A stretch of 64,000 nucleotides of DNA from Planctomycetota bacterium (GTDB lineage Bacteria; Planctomycetota; UBA1135; UBA2386): positions 96,001-160,000 of the forward strand of contig CANMWZ010000003.1 in assembly GCA_947501605.1 (NCBI GenBank). Direction: 5' to 3'. The translations under genes were made by a program, and so were the position numbers. The notes below the pieces were generated by a model. That model searched no databases, was not told where the DNA came from, and saw only the letters and a list, made by a program, of their open reading frames with translations. The stretch's first letter is position 1. Each line of letters opens with the position of its first letter. Positions 56,819 through 64,000 of this stretch are shown here, in pieces.

Positions 56819-58218
56819 GCCGCCTTTTGCAACCACTGGCAATGGCGCTGCTGTTCGTCGCTGCGGCACTCTCATCGCAGCAAGCAGCCCCGACCGAAGC
56901 AGAGTCCGTCGCAGCAATGCAGCGGCTCGACCAAGCCCTCAGCGGTACGTCGGCCGAGGCATACCTCAGCGAGTTCGCGCCAGAGCAGGCCTTTCTCCAC
57001 CAAGTCCATGCGCGCATGGTGCGGGCGCGGCTCGCCACCGGCCACGCCATGAAGCGGGAGACGCGGGTCTTGCGCTGGCGCGTCGTCGGCGAGCACGCAG
57101 TGGTCGTCGTCGAGCACGTCTCGACCCTGGTGCCAGCAACTGCCAACTCGACCTCGATGTGCGAGCACGCGCTGGTCGCCTTGCGCCGCATCGATGGCCG
57201 CGTGTGCCCCGTGTTCTCCGTCGAATTGCCGGAGCCCGACTTCGAGCCGGACCGCATTGTGTGTCCGTTCTGCAACTATCAGGTTGACGCCGCACAAGGT
57301 TGGATCGCGGTCCCGCTCGGGACCGAACGCAGCGCTTCTGTAGAGGGCACGGTGTTCGTCCAACTCGGCACCGGCATCGCCCTGGAGGTCTCGGTCCAGA
57401 TCGCCGAACGCGCACAATCGGCACAGAGCTTCCTCGAACCACTGGTCGCCGCGCTCTGCCGCAGCACGAACGCCCAGTGCGTGCACGGCATTGCGGCTTG
57501 GAGCCCACCGTCGATGGCCAAGCTCGGGGATGCCATCACTGGCGCTCGGGCTGAAATCAACCTGCCCCACGGCGATCAGACCGTGCTCCACGCAGTGGCC
57601 ATGGGCCGACTCGGCCACATCCTCTTGTTGCGTGGCTCGACGGCAGCGATTGCGCGCGAGCAGGCTTCCATCGGCACCATGCTCCGTGGCTACCGGTTGT
57701 TGTCCGTCGACAACGCCGTAGCCGAACAGGCAGCGATCGCGCTCGACCACCACTGCGGTGGGGTTCTGGCTGGCACCGACTACCGCAACAGGCGACATCA
57801 AATCAGCGCGTCTGGTCCGAAGGGATGGCTCACCATGGAGCGGTGCAGCGGGTTCTTGTTCGAGGTTGCGTTCACCAGCCCCGATCAGAACGGTCGTGTC
57901 ACCGTGCGTGGCCTCGCGCCCCCCCCCGGCCTCCAAGGATGGACGCGCGGCAAGGCCGAGCGCTGGCTCGACGACTTGTGCCTGCGCGGCAAGCGCGAGA
58001 TCGATGCCGCCCGCGACTCGGGATGGCTCGAGGACGGCGACGGCTTTGAGCAACGGACCATGACACTTCGCCACACGGGCGAACCAACGGCACCACCGCA
58101 GTTTCTTCGCCTTCTGCTGCAGCGCGGCCAACTGATCGTGGCCGATGGCTTCAGCAAGTCGCGCTCGGACGACCCAGCGGTGGAGACGGCAGTGGGCTCT
58201 CTTTCCCCACTTCGCTGA
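56815..58218 (+). CDS. Exported hypothetical protein (ECF operon)
   Basis: GTGA-coupled; signal peptide; CPFC motif. Confidence 0.65.
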   Translation: MSRLLQPLAMALLFVAAALSSQQAAPTEAESVAAMQRLDQALSGTSAEAYLSEFAPEQAFLHQVHARMVRARLATGHAMKRETRVLRWRVVGEHAVVVVEHVSTLVPATANSTSMCEHALVALRRIDGRVCPVFSVELPEPDFEPDRIVCPFCNYQVDAAQGWIAVPLGTERSASVEGTVFVQLGTGIALEVSVQIAERAQSAQSFLEPLVAALCRSTNAQCVHGIAAWSPPSMAKLGDAITGARAEINLPHGDQTVLHAVAMGRLGHILLLRGSTAAIAREQASIGTMLRGYRLLSVDNAVAEQAAIALDHHCGGVLAGTDYRNRRHQISASGPKGWLTMERCSGFLFEVAFTSPDQNGRVTVRGLAPPPGLQGWTRGKAERWLDDLCLRGKREIDAARDSGWLEDGDGFEQRTMTLRHTGEPTAPPQFLRLLLQRGQLIVADGFSKSRSDDPAVETAVGSLSPLR

Positions 58219-58270
58219 ACCGCGCCGGCAGCCAGCCGACGCGAGCGACGACGGGCTGGGGTGTAGGGTG

Positions 58271-58843
58271 CTACTGCTTGCTGGCCTCGACCGTCGGCGG
58301 CGGCGTGGTGGTGGTCGGTAGGACCGCGGACCATTGCGCTTCGAGGCCCGCCAGCTGCGCCAGCTTTTCGCGCAGCGCCGCGAGCTTGGCCATGCCCGCC
58401 ACTGCTTTGGCCTCGAACTCCTGCTGGGCGCTCGCGAGCTGAACATCGAGCTGGGCGCTCTGTTCTTGCAGAGCCCGAAGCCTCAGTTCCTTGGTGCCGG
58501 CCTCCGCAATCGCAGCGCGCAAGACCTCCAGATCCTGTGCCACTGCGTTCAACTGGGCGGTCAACGCCTCGCGCTGTTGCTCCTTGGCGGTCAACTGCTG
58601 CTGCTCGTGGGCCACAGACCGCAGGGCGTCGCGCCGGCGCGCGGCCAAGTCAGCCGCCGCATCGCGAAGGACGCGCAGCGCGGGCTCATCCTCGGCGATC
58701 GTCAACGTCAGCAACTGCCGTTCTCTCTGCTGCCCCTCGAGCACCAGTCTCTGCCGCTCCACCTCGCGTCCTCGCGCCGCCCGACTGACGCTGTTGTCCA
58801 CCGGACCGGTGCAGGCGGCGGCGACTGCCAGCACGATCGTCAG
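58271..58843 (-). CDS. Coiled-coil putative lipoprotein
   Basis: IVLAVAAAC lipobox-like leader, long heptad A/E/Q/L-rich helix, T/P tail. Start uncertain. Confidence 0.55.
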   Translation of the reverse strand: MTIVLAVAAACTGPVDNSVSRAARGREVERQRLVLEGQQRERQLLTLTIAEDEPALRVLRDAAADLAARRRDALRSVAHEQQQLTAKEQQREALTAQLNAVAQDLEVLRAAIAEAGTKELRLRALQEQSAQLDVQLASAQQEFEAKAVAGMAKLAALREKLAQLAGLEAQWSAVLPTTTTPPPTVEASKQ

Positions 58844-58958
58844 CGCTGTTCCGACTCGCGAAAATCCGACGGTAGCGCGTCGGCAAGCTGCTATCGTCCT
58901 CGCCCCGAACTCTTGACCATCGCCCGCGGCCTGCGGGCCAGATCGACTGAGGTTGTCC

Positions 58959-59429
58959 ATGGAACGCACACTGATCCTGTTGAAGCCCGACGCCGTCCAA
59001 CGTGGCCTATGTGGCACGCTCTTGAGCCGCTTCGAAGAGAAGGGCCTGAAGATCGTCGCCATGAAGTTCATGAAGATCACGCCTGATCTCGCGGGCAAAC
59101 ACTACGAAGCGCACAAGGAGCGCCCGTTCTACCCGGGCCTCGTGAAGTTCATGACCTGCTCGCCAGTCGTGGCCCTCGCCCTCGAAGGCAACAACGCGAT
59201 CAAGATCTGCCGCACGCTGATGGGGGCGACCAACAGCGCCGAGGCGGCGCCGGGCACCATGCGCGGCGACTTTGGCGTCAGCCGCAGCTACAACCTCGTG
59301 CACGGCAGCGACAGCCCGGAGGCCGCAAGCCGCGAGCTTTCGCTGTTTTTCCCAGAAGGCATCGTGTCCTGGGACAGTGCCGCCTGGAACTGGGCCTACG
59401 ACCCGATCGAAGAGCTCAAGAAGAGCTGA
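58959..59429 (+). CDS. ndk: Nucleoside diphosphate kinase
   Basis: ERTLILLKPDAV, HYEAH, PGTMRGDF, NLVHGSDS; GAGG RBS. Confidence 0.97.
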   Translation: MERTLILLKPDAVQRGLCGTLLSRFEEKGLKIVAMKFMKITPDLAGKHYEAHKERPFYPGLVKFMTCSPVVALALEGNNAIKICRTLMGATNSAEAAPGTMRGDFGVSRSYNLVHGSDSPEAASRELSLFFPEGIVSWDSAAWNWAYDPIEELKKS

Positions 59430-59441
59430 GCCGCTGTTCGC

Positions 59442-60977
59442 GTGACCGACGCCCCCATCGGCAAAGGCCGCGGCTTGACCGCCACCGAATTGGCACTTGC
59501 TGCGGCCGAACTGGCTCCCGCCTTGTGCGGCGCCGAGGTCCTTGACGCGAGCCCGATCGTCGACTGTGACGACCTCTTGCTCGTCCTGCAGCGCGAGGAC
59601 GGCAAGCTCTTCTTGCACATTGCGCTCGGCCAAGACCGAGCCCGCATCGCGCCAACGTCGCGTCGCTTCCGTCGCGATGAGCAACAGCCCGGGCCGCGGA
59701 CGGACGCGTTGCGAAAGCACGTGCAGGGCGCGCGAATCGTGGGCATCGAGCACGAAGCGGGCGAACGTCGGCTCGAACTTCAGCTCAAGAGCCAAACCGG
59801 ACAACCGCTGCGTCTGGTGGTCGAGTTGTTCTCAGCGCGCGGACTCTGGGCCCTCTGCACCGAGAATGGGACCGTGCTCGAGCTGTCGCGTCCGGTGACG
59901 ACTGCCGTACGCACCATGCAACACGGCAGTCACTACGCGCCGCCGCCGCCGCGAACGAGTTCGCTACCCGATGCGGCCACGGACACCAAGCGGAACACCG
60001 ACCCACCGCCGCGCTTTGCGCCCCCGGTACTCGCCGCCATCGACGCACACTTCGCGCCAGCCGACGAACGGCACGCACACGATGCCGATCGTCAGGCAAT
60101 GCAACATGCCTGCGACCGGGCAATCGCCCGCGCCAACCGCAAGGCCTTGGGACTGCGCCAGCAACTGGCTGAGGCAGACCGTTCGTCGAGCCTTCGCCAG
60201 GAAGCCGATCTCATGCTCGCTTACATGCACGGCGTCCAGCGCGGCGCCGCGAGCATGGCAGTGCCCGATCCCACCGGCGACGGCACCGTGAGCATCGACC
60301 TCGACCCGGCGCTGCCTGTCCAGGTCCAGGTCCGGGCCCGCTACGAGCGAGCCCGCAGACTCGACGATGGCCGCGCCATCGCCGAACAACGTCTCGCTGC
60401 GACCGAAGGGGACCTCGCGGCACTGCAGGCGATGCAGCAGCAGGTGGGCAACGCGGCGCCTCACGACGGCGGGCTTGTGGAAGTGCGGTCGCAACTGCGC
60501 AAGCTCGGTCTCTTGCCCAAACCGCCTGTGCCGCCGTCCGTAGCCGTCGCGGCGAAGGCGCAGAAAGACAGGACCAAGGGCGAGAACGTACGTCGCTATA
60601 CCTCGGCCGAGGGCTACGAGATCCTGGTCGGCCGCGACAACCAGCAAAACGACCGCCTGTCGTTGCGCATCGCCAATGGCAACGACCTGTGGCTCCATGT
60701 CGGCGGCGGGCGACCCGGTTCTCATGTCATCGTTCGCCTGCCCAAGGGCAAAACCGCGAGCCTCGACACGCTGCTCGACGCCGGGACGTTGGCGGTGCAC
60801 TTCAGCAAGGCACGCGGCGAGCGGACCATCGACGTGCTCTATACGTTGGCGAAGAACGTGAAGAAGCCCAAGGGCCTGCCACCTGGTGCCGTGGTGCCGT
60901 CGCAGACCAAGACGATCACGGTGCGGCTCGACGAAGCCCGGCTGCAACAACTGCTCGACGGCACGCCCGAGGAGTGA
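59442..60977 (+). CDS. rqcH: NFACT/Rqc2 family ribosome quality control protein (RqcH/FbpA-like)
   Basis: NFACT-N (LRKHVQGARI..ERRLEL..VVELF), coiled coil, NFACT-R (ILVGRDNQQNDRL, DLWLH, GSHVIV, VKKPKG..PGAV). Confidence 0.85.
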   Translation: MTDAPIGKGRGLTATELALAAAELAPALCGAEVLDASPIVDCDDLLLVLQREDGKLFLHIALGQDRARIAPTSRRFRRDEQQPGPRTDALRKHVQGARIVGIEHEAGERRLELQLKSQTGQPLRLVVELFSARGLWALCTENGTVLELSRPVTTAVRTMQHGSHYAPPPPRTSSLPDAATDTKRNTDPPPRFAPPVLAAIDAHFAPADERHAHDADRQAMQHACDRAIARANRKALGLRQQLAEADRSSSLRQEADLMLAYMHGVQRGAASMAVPDPTGDGTVSIDLDPALPVQVQVRARYERARRLDDGRAIAEQRLAATEGDLAALQAMQQQVGNAAPHDGGLVEVRSQLRKLGLLPKPPVPPSVAVAAKAQKDRTKGENVRRYTSAEGYEILVGRDNQQNDRLSLRIANGNDLWLHVGGGRPGSHVIVRLPKGKTASLDTLLDAGTLAVHFSKARGERTIDVLYTLAKNVKKPKGLPPGAVVPSQTKTITVRLDEARLQQLLDGTPEE

Positions 60978-61011
60978 GCGACGGCGGCTCGCCACTGCTA
61001 TCCTCTCGACG

Positions 61012-62625
61012 ATGCGCGTTCTGTTGCCGTTGTTCGCCGCATGGGCACTCCTGGCGACGTCGTCCCCCTTCTGCTCGTACGCTTCCTGCCAGGCGCCCGC
61101 TCCGGAGGACAAAGCCCCTTCGCCGCCCGCCACGGCCGCTGCGAGCAAGTCCGTGCCGGGCGACCTCGGCGATCCCAGCCCGGTTCCGGATGGCGCACCG
61201 AAGTTGCTGTCGCTGGTGACGCGCCAGCGCCTCGCCGAGCACGCCTACTGGCTCGCCGACGATGCGCGGCAAGGCCGCTACACCGGCAGCACAGCCCAGC
61301 GGGCGACCGCCGACTACGTTCAGAAACAGTGGAAGGCCCTCGGCCTCTTGCCGCTCGGCGACAAGAAGACCTACGTCCAGTCCTATCCGTTGCAAGCGGT
61401 CGTGCTGCACCCCAGTTCGAGTGCTTCGATCGCCGGCGTCGAGATCCGCGATCTCGCCGTTCTACCGGCTGCGGACACCGAGAAGTTGACCCTCAGCGGC
61501 AAGGTGCTGTGGTGCGGCAAGGGCCGCGCCGAGGAAGCCGCCGCATCGAGCAAGGGCCGCATTCCCGTGGTCGTCTTCGAGAAGTCTGCGCGCAGCAATG
61601 GTCCTGGCGGCGACCTCCAAGCGATTCAGCGCTACAAGGACCTGGCGCAGCAACTTGCCAAGCTGGAGGCCCGTGCGGGCATCGTCTTGCTACCTGGTGA
61701 TCCGGGTGGGTTTGGCAACGCACTCAACTACTACGGGCTGATGCCCGACCATCCGCAGTTGTCGGTTGGCAGCGACGGCCGCAAGCAGGCGATGGCGGTG
61801 CCCCTCGTGGTGATCGCCGGGCCCAATGCGACCAAGGTGCTGACGGCTCTTGGCATCGAGATCGGCAACGATGGTGAGTTTGCCCCGGCTGGCGAACTGA
61901 AGGTCACGGCCAAGCTGGCGTTGCGCATCGATCGCTCCGCGACAACCACCGCGACCAACGTTTGCGCCGTGCTCGAAGGCAGCGACAACAAGGCGGAGGC
62001 CCTCGTTCTGTCCGCTCACCACGACCACATCGGCCGCCGCGTCGACGGCGATGCCTTCAATGGCGCCGATGACAACGCCAGTGGCACCGCCGGCCTACTC
62101 ACGCTCGCCGAGGCGTTCGTGAAGTGCGGCGAGCGCCCCTCGAGGTCGATTGTGTTCCTCTCCGTCAGTGGCGAAGAGCTTGGCCTCTGGGGCAGCAAGT
62201 ACTACAGCGAGCATCCGACCTGGCCGCTGGCTCGCATCGTCGCCAACATCAACATCGACATGATCGGCCGCGCCGAACCTGAGGCCGACGGCAGCAGGAT
62301 CCAGATCACGCCCAGCAAGGATCACGCGAAGTACTCGTCGATCGGTCGCCTGGCGGCATCGCTGGCCCCCAGACTGAAGATCTCCTTCACGAGTGGCGAC
62401 GCCTACTACGAACGCAGCGACCACTACAATTTCGCCGTGAAAGGCGTGCCCGTCGTGTTCCTCTGCGACGGCGAGCATCCGGATTACCACCAGGTCTCGG
62501 ACAGCGCCGACCGCCTCGACTATCCCCGGATGGAGTCCGTCGCCCGATTGCTTGCTTGGACCGCGTGGGATGTCGCTGCGGCCAAGGACAAACCCAAAGA
62601 ACTCGGCAAGCAGACGGACTGGTGA
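61012..62625 (+). CDS. Exported M28 family metallopeptidase with PA-like insert
   Basis: LADDARQGR, SAHHDH, GADDNASG, GEELGLWGS, NIDMIG, RSDH, HPDYH. Confidence 0.9.
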   Translation: MRVLLPLFAAWALLATSSPFCSYASCQAPAPEDKAPSPPATAAASKSVPGDLGDPSPVPDGAPKLLSLVTRQRLAEHAYWLADDARQGRYTGSTAQRATADYVQKQWKALGLLPLGDKKTYVQSYPLQAVVLHPSSSASIAGVEIRDLAVLPAADTEKLTLSGKVLWCGKGRAEEAAASSKGRIPVVVFEKSARSNGPGGDLQAIQRYKDLAQQLAKLEARAGIVLLPGDPGGFGNALNYYGLMPDHPQLSVGSDGRKQAMAVPLVVIAGPNATKVLTALGIEIGNDGEFAPAGELKVTAKLALRIDRSATTTATNVCAVLEGSDNKAEALVLSAHHDHIGRRVDGDAFNGADDNASGTAGLLTLAEAFVKCGERPSRSIVFLSVSGEELGLWGSKYYSEHPTWPLARIVANINIDMIGRAEPEADGSRIQITPSKDHAKYSSIGRLAASLAPRLKISFTSGDAYYERSDHYNFAVKGVPVVFLCDGEHPDYHQVSDSADRLDYPRMESVARLLAWTAWDVAAAKDKPKELGKQTDW

Positions 62626-62630
62626 GAGCG

Positions 62631-62699
62631 GCACCCGTTGCTCTGCAACGCAGGCACCCGTTGCTCGGCAACGCAGCAACCCGTTGCGCGGCAACTCAG
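62631..62699. repeat. 3 x 23-bp tandem repeat with internal palindrome CGTTGC-N3-GCAAC(G/T)
   Basis: GCACCCGTTGCTCTGCAACGCAG / GCACCCGTTGCTCGGCAACGCAG / CAACCCGTTGCGCGGCAACTCAG, lying between convergent genes. Confidence 0.85.
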
Positions 62700-63961
62700 C
62701 GGCTGCGTTCGAGTTTGAGCCATTCGCGCGGCGACAGGGCCCGTATGTCATCCGCCGTTCCAGCAGCGCCATCTTCACCTAGACACTGGACGTCGCAGCC
62801 GAAGTGGACGACGTGGAACACGTAGTCGCGGCCCCATGGATCCTGTTGGGCGCCAGACCAATAGGCATCTCTGCCCGCGAACTTCTCGCTCAACATCACA
62901 ACGGTCGGGACCGCACCGTCTTTGGCGCCGTCGACTAGCCACTCGGCTGCGGCCTTCTGCAAGCCGGCGACGTCGGCCTTGGCCTTCCGCCGCAGCTTCC
63001 ACAGTTCGCGATCGACCTTGGGATCCGCGCGCTTCTTGCAGTCCCACGCGACCAGCCACTCGTGATCGATCTTCTGGAAGCCGAGGTCCTCCGTGAGCCG
63101 CTTCTCCATGTGGCCAAAGTGGGCGGCGCCGTAGTAGATCCCGAGGTCCTTCTGGCCAGCCGCGATCTCCCGCTGCAGCACGGCGAGACACTTCTCGTTG
63201 CGGCCTTCGAGCAGGGTGCTGCCAGCGCCTGAGCTTGCCGCTTCGAGTCCCTCCAGTTGCGCCGCCATCATCAAGCGCAGCTGATGCCGGCCTTCGCCGC
63301 TGCGAAACGCCTCCACGATATCGACCGGCTTCGATGGCTCGGCGCCGTCCTCTGACTCATCGTCGGCGTGCTTGCTCATCATCTCCTTCTGCGCATTCAT
63401 GCCGATCTGCCACATCATCAGCAGCAGGCTCTCGCCGCGCTCCTCCATGGACGAGGCGAACTCCTCGGGCGTCATGTCGGCGTGCACGAAGTTGGCCGCG
63501 CCGTAGTCAACGCCGTCGAGCTGGAACTCGAGTTCCAGGCCATTCTTCATGCCTTGCTGCAGCATCGAGATGAACCCGCCACGCGCCTCGCCCTTCTTTG
63601 GCCGATAGTCCTCCGGACCAACCAGCTCATAGAGCAGGCGCCCACACGTATGGAAGCGCTGCTGCAACGCGGCGTAGTGCTGCGCGTCGGCGATGTGCAC
63701 CGCCGCGAACAGCCGCAGGGTGACGCCATCCTTGTTGCGGTAGGTCGTGATTGCCGTGTCGAAGTGACCACCGTCGCCTTCCGCAACGAACCGCGCAAAA
63801 TCCGACGGCGTAGCGTCCTTCGCGTCGCTCAGCGGCTTCTCGATCGGCTCCTGACCCGCAGCAGGCTTCGTCACCGGCTTGTCGACTTGGGCCCAGAGCG
63901 GCACTCCGAGCAGGACGAAGAGAACGCGAAAGAAAGCATGGGCCCGAGCGGCAGACATCAT
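62696..63961 (-). CDS. Exported conserved hypothetical protein (TraB-like core) with C-terminal GspG-like domain
   Basis: Signal peptide; AVHIAD..Y, LLYELV, RN..C, YGAAH; C-terminal DPWGRDY..LGEDG..GTADDI. Confidence 0.65.
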   Translation of the reverse strand: MMSAARAHAFFRVLFVLLGVPLWAQVDKPVTKPAAGQEPIEKPLSDAKDATPSDFARFVAEGDGGHFDTAITTYRNKDGVTLRLFAAVHIADAQHYAALQQRFHTCGRLLYELVGPEDYRPKKGEARGGFISMLQQGMKNGLELEFQLDGVDYGAANFVHADMTPEEFASSMEERGESLLLMMWQIGMNAQKEMMSKHADDESEDGAEPSKPVDIVEAFRSGEGRHQLRLMMAAQLEGLEAASSGAGSTLLEGRNEKCLAVLQREIAAGQKDLGIYYGAAHFGHMEKRLTEDLGFQKIDHEWLVAWDCKKRADPKVDRELWKLRRKAKADVAGLQKAAAEWLVDGAKDGAVPTVVMLSEKFAGRDAYWSGAQQDPWGRDYVFHVVHFGCDVQCLGEDGAAGTADDIRALSPREWLKLERSR

Positions 63962-64000
63962 GCGCCCATCATCGTCGCGCACGCGGGTCGCAAACAAGCC

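Noticed and set aside
62631..62699. Possible CRISPR mini-array
   Set aside because: The units are directly adjacent with no spacers, and there are no cas genes in the window.

Overview
GC-rich, gene-dense bacterial chromosomal window with about 52 CDS. I found no rRNA, tRNA, CRISPR array, IS or prophage. Gene content (Minf_1886-like protein, double-length UvrA, Sua5-phosphatase fusion, divergent DnaA) suggests Planctomycetota, which is an inference only. Most genes are housekeeping: thiE, corA, suhB, dacB, moaC, holB, tmk, pfkA, accBC, hslU, ndk, rqcH. Three accessory modules stand out. (1) A translationally coupled operon of a single-chain tandem UvrA, an XPB/Rad25 helicase, and a partner carrying a second copy of the XPB N-terminal domain (reminiscent of TFIIH p52/Tfb2), a possible hybrid excision-repair system. 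(2) A divergent type III PKS cluster with MddA-like and UbiG-like methyltransferases, two YceI-like proteins, a lipoprotein, an MMPL transporter, an FAD enzyme and a HAMP kinase, with a sigma-54 promoter on one arm. (3) A peptidase S51 / esterase / ATP-grasp / esterase cluster of unknown function. Non-coding signals are a recurrent TAnnnT box 6-9 nt before start codons (leaderless genes), an ECF-type promoter before the ECF sigma gene, and a 3 x 23-bp palindromic tandem repeat. All calls come from motif recognition by eye, and no database searches were run.
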